Below are positions 37,254 to 50,452 of a stretch of DNA of 60,000 bases, one piece after another. Source of the DNA: Botryllus schlosseri (Eukaryota); NCBI GenBank assembly GCA_051294905.1, contig CM119372.1, positions 5,892,001 to 5,952,000 on the forward strand, written 5' to 3'. The position numbers and the translations under genes are program-made. The notes below the pieces were generated by a model, which had not been told where the DNA came from, did no database searches, and saw only the letters and a list, made by a program, of their open reading frames with translations. Position 1 is the first letter of the stretch. Every line of letters begins with the position of its first letter.

Positions 37254-40200
37254 GTGTGGTCCATAAAAAAGAATTATTCGGAACGTTTCCAGGAATAGTA
37301 GGCCTACATTTTGATCCATTTTAAGTTTCAAAGTTTTGAGATGTCCAGATGTGTCTCGACGGCATGGCAGGGCTTACTCTTCACCGCAATAGTATGTGCT
37401 TCAATGTCGCAATATCATAGTCAGGACGACATTCATCGCATTTCTACTGTGATATCGCGAATCAGATTATATCCAATTTCACAAGTCCGTTTTTTTTTAC
37501 GAAATATTGACGAAAGAAAATGATGGAGCATCGGTAGGTTTCCGTTAGACTGGTGATTTGGGAATGGCTTTGACATGGTAATCATTAGTTAACAGTGATG
37601 TATCCCAAAATATAATGAATGAAGATCATTTTTACTTAGCAGTAGTTATTAAAATAGGCCATATTTCACTGGCCAGACTAAAGTGAAATCAGCCCCACGA
37701 AGTATGCGCACTTTCGCAGCTTTCATACAAGCATTCAACTCAAGTATTGGAATACGAGATATTGACTTTAATAAATATAATTAACTAAAATATCACATGT
37801 ATATTGCATTATTTCCATGAAAGCTATGTCACTGTCTAGGAAACAATACTTTTCATTGGCAAATATATGAGTCATTAGCTACGTTTGTCTTCGATGAACT
37901 GAGTATTTGTAAGAACGTGTCATATACAGGGATGTATTTATCGTACGAAGTATAACACATTTCTTTGCAGCAAATGAGACAATTTACTTCCGTGAACAAT
38001 ATCTTTTGGTTTGAAATGCGATCATTGTTTATATGACTTTGTCTTTTTCTGACCAAATACGATGCATATTATGTTACCCCTCGAGCGCATATATAGTTCC
38101 GTTTATCCACGCTGCCGATCAGTAAAGACAATATGAAGGAGTGTTGCGAGTGAAGGAGTGAAGGCGATGTTGAAGGAGTGTTACCCAGGTTCCTTTTAGT
38201 GTGGCTCGAAAATCAATCATCCGTTCGCTTGATAGAAAGCGAGATGCAGGATTAGACGGGTATATGAATTTAGACAAGGTTTTGAACCGGTGGGACGCAG
38301 AGCTATATAGAAAATTATGGAGTTAGTTAAAGTTTTGCTTTGATTGTATTGTCGAATTACATGTATACATTTAAACTTTTCTGATGGCTCCGATAATGTG
38401 ATGTAGTATTCCGTATGCCGCCCAAAAGTACAAGTCAAAAATTGTAGGGGCGAAGGCGGCTTTCACCACTGCATATATGCTTATGATGACAACGCACGAC
38501 TGAAACAAATTGGAATAATCTCGATTCCATAATAACTGCAAGTTATTACTGAAGTAAAAAGGTATTCACAGGATCTTAAATGATATGTTGTTCGAACGGT
38601 TATCCTTATCCAGTATGCTCGAACGGAACTGTATTAGATATAGCCTAGTAATACGGCATTATGACAGTTATGTCCTTTTCCAACCATGATGGAGCCGAAT
38701 CGCCAGTCATCACCCGGGACGAGTCCTGTGATGATTAGGTATTGGGCTTAGTGAATTGCGTGGTACGGCGAACGGTCATAATGTACGTAAGAAATATAGG
38801 AAACTCCGAGTACTCATAAATCACGCATGAAGATTACAGGTTGAGGGCATGTACTGGAACGCTACGAGATCGGTTCGTGCGTTTTTCCTGCTATATGATA
38901 CTATCTAACGAATTGATATCAAAGTTTTGCAATGCGTTCGTTCGTTCGTCAGGCAATAGGAATTACTGGGCACTTCATATAGTACCAGGTAATTAATCGA
39001 CTTCCGCAATCCTGATGCTAATCTGTCATCATCAAACTACACATTGCAATAATTGAATGTCATTTATATGACAAACCCGGGGAAATATAGTCACGCCAAA
39101 AGGCCTACTAACCTACTATATATAGAAATATAGTGAAGTGGGATAAGATAGGTTGCAACCGCTGAGTTGATTATACTATTCACGAGTATAGTGTATATTG
39201 ATTCGATCAAAGCTGTGGCATAGCCTGCTGAACAATTCTTTTCATGGGTAACTCCAACTATATCATTCATTACCGGCCAAGCGAGCTTTTTTCTTTGATG
39301 AAGTGAGTGATTGGAGAAATGATAACATGTAATATACAGGAACGTATTTATAGCCAAGGAAGTATACGTAACACATTTCTTGGCAGCGGAAAGACAATTT
39401 AGATCCGTGAACAATATCATTAGGTCTGTTATGGGATCTTTGATTATTACATGAATTTGTAAGAGTGTGGCTCTATGCTATGTAGCCAGAACCTCTGTAC
39501 CTCCAAATAAAGATTCTGAACGATATCGTAATGTGGCGAGGCGAAACGCGGTGGTTTTCTGTTGTGTATTCTCGGTATTGGCCTACTACAAGATTTGCGA
39601 TATATACGATTCATAAGTTAATGCAATATATTGTGGGGTTGCCATATTTTTGTGGATCAAATTCCGGACACTCTTTTGCGCCCATTAGCGGATTTACAGT
39701 GAGGTATGAACACATTGTCAGTCAATATGACGTCACACTAGTTAAGCTTCCCCATCCACTGTATGCAGGAGTGGAGCGAAACATAGGTTTTGAATTTAGT
39801 CATTTCTAATGTGAGCTCTGGTGATTGCTTTGGTCCGCAACAGATTTCTTCACGGGCCCCATTAAAAATGTCTGGTGGACCTTATCTGGTCCGCCGGTTG
39901 TGTGTTTGTTGAGCTAGGTCGGTGCGGTTATCTAGTTGTGTGTTGTAACCAGGTCCGAAACGGCATTTTTTCAGCCCCCTTCCGCCACAAAATCACCAAT
40001 ATTTGGCGCACCATAGGGTAATCGATGCAACTTCTTGCGGGCTTACCACATGCATCTGCTTGCTAAATTTTGTGAATGAAATATGTCAATAATATTGGTT
40101 CGTCCATATATTACTATAAAATACATCAGTATAGATTGCACATCCGGTGGTTTCCACCTTATATGGCTGCGAGCTCATTTCCAATTTGAAAATGTTCCGC

Positions 40201-41072
40201 GGTCGGGTTCAAAAAAATGATGGGCTGGCTAATAAAAAAGTGAGCTGGCCCAAACTTGCGGCTTATTTTGGAAGCTTATGACGTCCAACATCTTCGCAAT
40301 CCCAAAAATGAAGGCAAACGACCCCAAGTTTTTAAACAACCGTCTTTGACCAGCATCCAAATGGCTATAAAGAACTCTGGGAATGTACTGTTATCATAGA
40401 ATTGCGATACAATTACACTTATTTCAGTAAATGATTGTGATTTTTATTTATTTTTGACTGCATTTTCGCTTGGGTGGTGCGTGATCCCCATATTAATATC
40501 AATATACGTTCTAATAAACCACGCGCAGCGCGACGAAAAGTGTCAAATAGCATAAATCTGCTTAAAAATAGTATTATTTATGTTGGTTACTAAAGAATAT
40601 TGAGCCTACTTCAAGCCTTCAAAATTCCGGACATTTAGGCACCCTAATATATTGCAATGATGATGTCTATGTGTAGTAATCCAAGGGCGAGAGTTGTATG
40701 GGTTTATAACTTATTTCGAGATCGAATTGATGTTATTCACCCATTTTCGAAGTCCCTCATTCCTCACCTATATGTATGTCTGTCTGCTCGTCCGGCTCGC
40801 AAAAACATGAATAGACAAGACAATATGATACACTCTAATAATTTTACATTGCGCTAATAAAAGGATGTCCATACCGTTCCAAATGCGGCTGTCAAGTATG
40901 TGATTAGAATTTACTATAGTTGTCGGTCAAGTCAGTATCCGAAAATAAATAATACGACAGCATGCATTTGAAGTTCTCCATTCCTTGAAAGAATTTTGCG
41001 CGCTCCGCGAGGATTCTAGCTGGCAATAACTGGCCTATGCTTACCTTCAACCTTCAAGCCTGACATTATGTT

Positions 41073-41512
41073 TAGGGTTGCATTTAAAACAAACGGTGTT
41101 TAAAACACTTTGTTTAAAACATGATTTAGGCAGTATTTTAAACAAAGGCCTTTAAAAAAATTGTTTTTTCAGTTGTAAAATTATGGCATAATTGTGTGAA
41201 TACTTTCCAAAAAAATGTTGTATGGGCCTACGGACAATTACCACCCAAATTAGCCGAGGTATATCGATATGGGATGGTTGGAGCCATCGAAATTGTGATT
41301 CAAAAGTAATAGTACAGATATTTCGTCAAATGAACTATATTTGCCCTATATTTTCAATTGTCAATGTCATTCCACTATGACGTCACAGTTGAATATTCGT
41401 GGCGTCATGGCTTAAATAGAAAACAAAATAGAGAGATAAAACATATTTTAAACGAGGGACTTGTTTTAAACATGTTTGTTTTCAATTGATTTTTATTTTA
41501 AATGCAACCCCA
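41073..41512. mobile_element. TAGGGTTGCATTTAAAAC MITE, inverted
   Basis: Perfect TSD attatgtt. Confidence 0.85.
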
Positions 41513-41537
41513 ATTATGTTTATTTGTGTGTCTAACC

Positions 41538-42675
41538 CAGGGGTTCTCAGCCATTTCTTGGCCGTAGCCCATTTTCCGGTTTAAAAATGTGCTGTGGCCC
41601 ATCTGATATCTTAGAGTTATAATCCTGTTTAATGCGTGGTCATGGACAGCGCTGATATGCCTATTCCTCTAAAATATGTGCATTTTTCCCTAACTGATAA
41701 TATTTAAATCTCGATCTCCCGGGACATGAAATCGCGCAAAGCACGAAAAAAATTTCAAGTTGCATAAATATCATTCAACAAACGACCAACGAAATAATCT
41801 TGGGCCCCTTCGAGCTCCCGCAATTGGGGATGTGGGTGCGGCAGTTACGACCCTGGTAAATCATAAGCTAGAACTCCTTTACTGATACTATTGTGGGGAA
41901 TATTATAATCATTCTGGGCCGGCATCGAACAATTCATTGGTGAATTGGAGAAGGATTTTTTAATATGCATGATGTACTTTGTATGTCTTGTACCAAAACA
42001 ACTGAAGTTGTGATGTCAGAATATTCAATCCAATGATACAGTCAATTCCCGTGACTATGTCAGTATGTACAATGATTTCCAGGTCGGGCATTTTGAATCG
42101 ACTTCGAAGATTAATGCGCTCCGATAAATCCTCAATCCATTAAGATTTGTTGTTGCAGTGGTGCAGTATACCTCCGCCAGAAGTTGCTAATAATTTGCAA
42201 TTATGGCTATGTTCAGCTTGCAGTAATACGACCTGCCGAAGTACGGTAAATCTGTACATCAATTGCACTTCATTGCGAGTTCATTGCATACCCCTTTCAA
42301 CGGCATACGACATATGACCCTGCCGGAATACTTGGTTACTTCAACATTCTCTTCCAGTTATTATACGCTTGAAATTATTTTAGTTGCTGTTAGCCGTAGG
42401 TTGTCATAGCCAATAGAAAAAGCCACTGTTTTTCCCGAACGTTTTCGATTTGTACAAACTGACTTTATGCGTGCCACTACGTCTAATCAGAGTCGGATGA
42501 AAAGCTTTATGTAGCCTACGTATAATTAGATAATACGAATGTATTTTTAGCGAATAACATGAGAAATATAAATAAACTTACAATAATTCTGAAATTTTCT
42601 AAATGGCTCTGTGGCCCACCTCAAAATGCTCTGTGGCCCACCAGTGGGCCATGGCCCACCCTTTGAGAACCCCTG
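41538..42675. mobile_element. hAT non-autonomous element
   Basis: caggggttctca/tgagaacccctg; perfect TSD gtctaacc. Confidence 0.88.
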
Positions 42676-45600
42676 GTCTAACCACTAACGCCTTCATTAG
42701 TTTCAATGAAAGGTTGCATCCTATTCACAATTTTATACGAGTTTCAGGGCCATTTATCGACAGGTCATATGTGGTTTCTCTGTGTAAAATGATTTACTTG
42801 CATAATTTTATCGTGAACTTAACCTCTTTATTAGCTATAGATCGCTGCAATGCAGGATTATCCTATATGTACTATAGTTAACAGAGTCCAGTTCGCATAC
42901 TTTTACGAGCGTCCTCATTCCAACGACTCCTAATCTAAACACGTTGATCTGGTCCATGATGTTATCAGCACCGATCAACATCTGTTGCTCCCCCCAAAAT
43001 TAATAGTACTATATCTTGCTGTGTCTAACTGTGGCAGATAGCGCCCCAATCCCCCACCGAAATATGCTTTGCAAATGATGGTGAGAATCGAAATTATATG
43101 AAACTCCTTGAAGTCGGTGAGATACGGAAATCAGCCAATATATGCTCACTCGGTGAAATATCGATAAAACGAAGAAACAAAAATGCCGATGCCAGACATT
43201 GTCGGGAAGGTAGCAATTTGCGTGTCGAGATAAAGAATTGTGTTTGCGTGAGGTCGCTGCCCTGTTTCCATCCTGTCATATGCGAATGTTATTTAGCTGT
43301 TTGTATTTTACAAGAAGGCAGCTAAACCTACGTCGGCAAAGAGTATATGTCCGGACTGAGAAGATCCTACAATAATTAACATTGACATGGGCTCTGTTAT
43401 TGATAGTTAGAAAGTACTCATGCCGTTCCGTTACGGTCGTCCAATAGCTGGCGGCCTTACGCCACAGAGAAACTCGAAATTCGGTCTAGAAGAGCTAAAA
43501 GGTTTAATACCCCGGTGCTAATACTTTTACAATCCCGCTGAAACTGACATCATGGACGTGTTAAATGGTGTTTTACTGCGACGACTGGGCAGTGGGAATC
43601 GAGTGGTCGTATTACGTCTGAAACATAGCAAGTCGTTGAATGTGTGAGTAAAGAATTTTGAAGTCATCAAGTATGATGGTATTTAAAACACCCATTGCTC
43701 TTCACACGATCTCATTTTCGGTAAAGTGGTCAAGTACGCTTGTGTTGGGTTCGAGCCTATTAGCGGCCATCGCAGAAAAGATGTTGCGAAAATATTGACA
43801 ATGACCATACAAAGTGATGTCTGTAACTTGTGATCATGAAATAGGTTTGCGTATCAGCTGACCATTGTATTACACTTGATGCCAGTGTGTACGATTTGCC
43901 CTACATTTATTTTCTATAGCAGTCCGTAGCTTGCATGGGTAATGGACAGTAATGTTTGACAACGAGACATTCATCGGTAACTGTGGGATCGCGTGGAAAC
44001 GCGTGGAAAGAAACCCAGATCTCGTCTATAGCCAGCGTTTTCTGCAGATGGTCCATGACTACTCTAGCAAAGAGGTTGTGAACCACCGCTCTAACCAGAT
44101 GTGTGTAAAGGTCAGCCTTTCTTGGATTTGATAGAAATTATTATGGAAAATTAGGCTGGATCCGAAGTGGTACCGACGCCAGAACCGAAACCAAATTCGG
44201 AAACAAAATAACTGCTGTGGCACATATATTTTAATGTGTATACCAACTATATGTTTGATGGACGTTGTCAAAATTGGGTTAGCAATTAGCATAGAAGTCA
44301 GGTTTTAAAGTCTGAATTTGACGATCGTAGGTCCGAAATTCTTTACTTACATACTCGGTACGCACTAGGCACTATGACGGATGTCGACCATGACCATACA
44401 CATTCAATCACCGATAAGAAATAACATTTGCCAAATTAAATTACTAACAACAGTTCTACGCATGACAACCTGTCATTAATGATTTACTGCAAATATACTC
44501 GATTGCCCGATCGCGCTGTCGTATCGAGTCTAACGTTAAGGATTCCATTGATTCTATGCTTCAGAAAGCGAGTAGATAAAGTTCCATGGCATGTGGGAGG
44601 ATTATATAAAGAACTCTGTCAGTCTAGTAGGGATTTTGAAGTCGTGACCCATAGTAGTTGCAGCAGATAATTTTTGGTACTTACCTTATAACTGTCTCTT
44701 ATCGATTCGCGTAAGTAAGGCGGTTTTGTGCGTAAACTAAACTATGCAATGGCGAAATGACGCCTAAACCGTACACCGCTGAGCTAGTTATTCATGTCGT
44801 TACCGTTCTACCTTCAGCAAGCGTCAGCCATTTGATAAATGCAGTAAGCGTTCATGAAGCATGCCATTGACATGAACTCCGACATTTGGATAACCGAAAC
44901 AAATTATTTTCAACAAATCCTTGCCTTAGATTCTAGAATATTCCATGTTCTATCTGACAAGGTCTCCTAGCTATTTCATTTCTAATGAGAATAATTGTCT
45001 TGCATGCAACTCTTGGCAGTTATTTTGAAGTTGGCAAGGTAGCTCATCAACAACCTTTTTTGAAATACACATCATGGTTAGATATGGAGTAATCGTGATT
45101 TGGAATCGTAATTGATTACAACGATCAGGCAATTTTCGAGTAATCTCAATTGTAATAGTTTTACAGTATAATCAACTGCTTCGTAAAAAAATCGACGAGT
45201 CGACTTATGGGGGTCTATCGACTATGATACAGACATAAAGCAGCCGTACAATGGTTCTTAATCCTTACTAGCATGCAGAACACTCATACTTCTTATATCG
45301 AACTTTTGAAAAGATTTGAATTTGTTATACTCTTCAAATAAAATTGTTGAATTGTTACAACTCAGCGGTTGCCTACGCAAGTCGTAAATATAAACGAGCT
45401 CTGCTATTGCGTTATTCGGGATGGCTGCTCTCCATAGCCGTGTCATGGATTGCGGGTATACGCGTGTTGTTACGAGAGTTATTAATCGTTATAGCTGAAT
45501 TTCGCGTTCATTTCGTCTTACTAGTCGAATGTTCTGCTGTCAGGAGGAGGCGTGAATTTTCACTTCACCATCCTTTACTTAATACTTGAATCTACCATCG

Positions 45601-47276
45601 GTCAACCATTTATGTATCATGTTAGTATGCGTTGTAGCCAGAAAAAAGGGTAGTTTAGTGGGTGCGAATAATGGTCGAGATTACGTTGCGCAATTTATAT
45701 GCGATGACGTCATAACCAAGTCGTGTCATTATGTTTAAAATTGGTTCCCTTTTGATGCATCGTCCTATCAATCAGAATAGTAAATTAATGTAAACGCCAG
45801 TAATCGCAATCATTTTTCATGTGTAATCGTAATCGACAACTGCAAAATTTTGCTGTATTCGTATTCGATTAAAATGAGACACTAATCACACCGTGTGTGA
45901 TCATGTTCCATGTTGCGTTGTTTTAGTTATGGGATCTACGTTAATAGGCTATTAGGCAGTGTGCGATACACTCGATCTGGTCCCTGTTGGGTTGCGAGGT
46001 TTTGAATTTGGTTGCTTATTTTAATATTGTTGATCCAATTTTCAGCAGTTATTTGAGCGATGGTGAACCGCATAAATCATTTACAACTCAATTATCAATT
46101 TCTTAAGTCAGGCGCTAACGCTAAACGACGCAATGTAGCCTCTAATTTGTCTTCTTAGATTAGTTCAGCTATACCCTTATATGGTCTCAACAGCTATAAT
46201 GTGGGGCGATTATATTTTGACCTGAAAACGGAAAAGTTTCATAAAAATCGAAAATCTTCAACTTTTTTTACATTAAAAACTACATTTTGACAAAATTTTG
46301 CGCTTAAGTTTCCAAATTAGGCATTGTTGCACATAATGTTAGAAATGTTGTACTTTTCTACATGTCTGGTTGTAACTGCCTGTCCTTACGAAGCATCTTG
46401 GCAAGAAAAGAGAAGGAGCGTTCAACAGAAGCAGCTGTTTGCTGGCAGAATGGTAGTTCAGTGTATATATACCAATTGAGTGCTATTAGCACAAGTGTTG
46501 CTTCATACGGACAATGTTGTCTATCATCGCACTTCTTGGACCGCGACCCAAGTCTGAGTTTCTTAGCATCTCACGATCCGCCCATACGTTGAGAACCACC
46601 AAGCCATGAGAACCATTGTCTACCATGTAGTCAAGTTCCATATGTCAAATATCGGCGTGAGCTTGTAAAAACTTGTAAAAATTTCACTCGTGTTTAGGCA
46701 TGTTAATCGTCACGTCGGGTAAACCTATTTGTTTCATTCGATCATTTACGATTTACACATAACGTAGGCTGCAAGCTGTAAAATGTCAAAAAATACGTTC
46801 TCCAAGCTCACAACCTCTACGACACCAACGAAATGCACTTACGTTTTTATTTTTGACTTTGTAAACATTTTACACATATTTTGAACTAACGATATAATTG
46901 TGACAGAATTTGTAAAAAATAATCGCCCTACTCACATGATTTGTTTAATTTCATTGATCTGTCTTCTTTCGCAAATGAGTGTGCACACTGAACAAGTGCT
47001 AATGCATTGAAACACATTCACACGCAGGCATATATCAATTTAGGCTTCAGTATTTGCTGTACCATAGAAAAGAGATTGAAGTTTTGTAATGGTCGAAAGC
47101 AAAATAAATCAAGGTCTCAAGTACGGACGGTGCGAACCTCTGAAATGTTCTACTTCGTTTGAACTGGTACTTTTATGAAAGGTCACGTGACGTAATATTT
47201 ATAATTCAAACCACGTCATTTTGCAAGACTGTAGAAATATGTTAGGGATATCAAATATTCAATTATTCATTGTGAC

Positions 47277-48594
47277 CAGGGCTTTGGAGCCGGAGCCGGA
47301 GCCCGGAGCCGGAGCCCCGGAGCCAGGCATTTTCACCGGAGCTGGAGCCGGAGCCGGAGCTCTACATAAAATTCAGCCGGAGCCAGAGCCGGAGCTGGAG
47401 CCCGTTATTTGAGGAGTAGCTCCGGCTCCGACGTATGTCATTAGATGCTATTATATATTGAACAACCACATCTGCTTATTTATCATAATTGAACAGCAGG
47501 CCTTAATATTAATGCTGTGCGCAGCAATGGCATAGAGTTAAGTGCGTTCTAGTGCAACTATGATGTTATCGACAAGTGACAAGTATTCATTATGACGTCA
47601 CAAGCCGGCAAGGCGGCACCTATGTCTTCGTTGCTACATCGGATGTTACTGACGGCTGACAGACTCTTAGATTACTATGGATAACTAACCTATGGGTAGA
47701 TTAGTAATCTGTATAGACCAGGAAGGGGCAACCTTCTGGTTTATAAGGGACACATGAAATTGACGATCGAGCGCGCGGTCCTCTAGCCGCGCCATGCGGG
47801 TAAAATTTACAAAGTTTATAAATAAACCAGGTCAATAATATTATTACTTGAGTATATTGCGGGTCTACTGTATAGTATACCGCCTGCTAGGCTCAGTTTG
47901 CGAGGACACGACTATTCGGCGTCTGGTCACACCTATATCGAAGGTCTCCGATAATATCCGATAATCATTTTTTGCCTACATTTCAACGTCGACGATCTTT
48001 ATGCGAGCGCCAACGCGAAAAGACTTTCTCCCGTAATTGCGAATACAGTTAGACTCAATCGGGTAAATTAGGCTTTTTTTTCATTTTCAGTAGGGGGTAG
48101 GCAGCAAGAAATCGTGTGACAATTAAACACGCGAAGCGCGAAGAAAAATTTCACTATTATTTTAGTTTATTGTAATGTATGACGATTTACCGAAAATTTG
48201 ACTGGACCCTGGACCTGCCAATGCGTCGGAACTGATATTTTAGTCATCAACATCCCAAATGTCGCAGCCAGAGTTGTAATTTATGGTTGGCATTGCAATT
48301 TTTGCTTGGCATTGCAATTTCAAAATCTGAGCAATTCATTTTCGATAATAATAGAAAGGAAATTACATTGCGGGCCACGCAAAACCCTCTCGGGCGGGCC
48401 ACATTTTGACCGCTGGTTGGCCACCCCTGATCTAGACAGGCCCATTCGATAATTTCAGAGCCGGAGCCGGAGCTGGAGCCGGAGCAGTGGTAATAATGCC
48501 GCTCCGGAGCCGGAGCCGGAGCTAATGTATGATAGAAGAAAGCTCCGGAGCCGGAGCCGGAGCAGTTTAAATTTCCGGCTGCTCCAAAGCCCTG
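47277..48594. mobile_element. hAT-type element with GGAGCC subterminal repeats; nested element at 47719-48429
   Basis: TIR cagggctttggagc; perfect TSD attgtgac. Confidence 0.9.
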
Positions 48595-48856
48595 ATTGTG
48601 ACGTTTAGAAATATGATTTCCTCATAGCAACTTAATCCATAATCTGTATACGGAGGTAGACGCTTGCTCCGTTAACTCTTCCTGCCTATTTATCCATTTA
48701 TGTGGAATGTTACCGTCATACCAATCCGTAGGTTAAGTTAGATTTGTCGTTAATTCTGGCCCGACATGTCTGATTTAACCTTCTTCTTCGCATTAGAGAA
48801 TTATTGAAAAGCGCTTTTAGCCGTCCTGTCCAAGTCCATCTGCATAAGATATTAAC

Positions 48857-49835
48857 TAGAGATGGTGTGAACGTGAGGTTCACGTTCGCGTTCTGTGTGT
48901 GAACCTCAGAAACTTAAAGGTTCGCGTTCACAACAGAACCTTGGTGGGTTCTGCAGTGTGAACCTTTTGGTAAATTGCAATTTTCACTTCATTATAAGAT
49001 TTTTGGCTCAAATTTATTGCATTTCAACTGCGTGCCACTCCATGCATGGTGCTGGCAGCATAAAAAATTAACACTAAACGAGCATGCACCATGCACCTCG
49101 ACAACCTTAAAAGTTTTACTTGCTTTGTTGCAAAAATTTCTCGGAATATCCAGTTTTCCGTTTGTGAATATTTAGTGACTCTCTGCTGTGAGCCTGACCC
49201 GCAATCGATATACGTAGTCAGCGAATGATGCTTAGTCAACCAATCAATGACATTGATATCGTCTTCTGATGTAAAAATTCGAACGGTCGTACTGGGTCAA
49301 TCTTAACTTCATATCTTTACTGTATCATTAAAACCAAATCCGTGCGATTAAGGTGCGTGCTACTGCTGCATAACTTGTTGTTTGTGGTATGGGTAGCGAG
49401 TATAGAAACCCGTTGTACACTCTGCTCAATATCAATGTAGCAATACTCAGACTCCGAACACATTGTCCGGTCTGGCTAAGACCATTAAGGCGTGAGCTTA
49501 TATTCCTTGGTAAGTCCTCGTCGAAATTGTTGGCAAAGCGACGGAATGCACTGATTTTATGCAATTATTATATCCTTTGATTACCGCGGTTGATACATTT
49601 AGCGACGTTTAAAACGCCGATATGTACTTCAGCATTGTGGCATTATGTGGGCCGAATCTTCGCTAGGTATGGTGTACAACATTAATATAGGGCATAGGCT
49701 TTGAAAGAAAGGGTTGGAATTAGCAATATGACGTCACGTGACGTCACGAGGCTCACGTTCGTGTTCACACAGAACCTTTCAAAAAGGTTCGCGTTCACAC
49801 GAACCTGAACCTTTCAGAGGTTCACACCATCCCTA
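48857..49835. mobile_element. Second TAGGGATGGTGTGAAC-family element
   Basis: Homologous to 34881-35745; perfect TSD atattaac. Confidence 0.88.
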
Positions 49836-50452
49836 ATATTAACGCAGTATCGTGATTAATCGATACACACTTGGTGTTACCGTAACATATTATTATCACG
49901 ATGAGACAGAAATATAATGTCTTATTACCAGGTCTTGAGAGCTAGAGGTCAGTTTCAGCCTATCTACAAGGGTTTATCAATCTCAATAAATATTTGGGCA
50001 ATCAAGCGATCAATATATCTGGGAATATTTTGGCACGACGGGTCCCACCAAATATATCATCAGCATTTTCACCAGAAATACCCAACTACGCCACTACGCG
50101 GCGGTATAAGCGCATAATTTGACCATATTCCTCTTCTGCGACAAGAACCTAGCGATTGCGGAAGAAAAGTCATGCTATTATAACCACAGTGTCCTATATG
50201 GTGTGGACACAAGCAAATCTCACGGCTCAGTGAAATTGGTCTGCGTCACACTTTCCATTTGGTCAAAGGCAATTTGACGGTAATTTGTGACCGGCTTACC
50301 GAGTATTAAATCTGATAAAACAGGTATCAATCGAAATCTATACCGCGGTACTGCTTGCGAAAATTTAAATTTTATTCTGCTCGTGATCCTGGAAGCCCAC
50401 AAAATCAGCCTCGAATGTTACATTGTAACAGAGTTTAATATTGTGACTCAAC

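Noticed and set aside
37341..37523. ORF with a signal-like start (MSRCVSTAWQGLLFTAIVCASMS)
   Set aside because: Short, no recognisable domain or splice support; could be chance
42700..47200. Further host exons downstream
   Set aside because: Only short ORFs and degraded repeat fragments (GTAATC repeats ~45090-45890, possible TIR pair ~46200/46930); nothing supportable, though small exons could be missed
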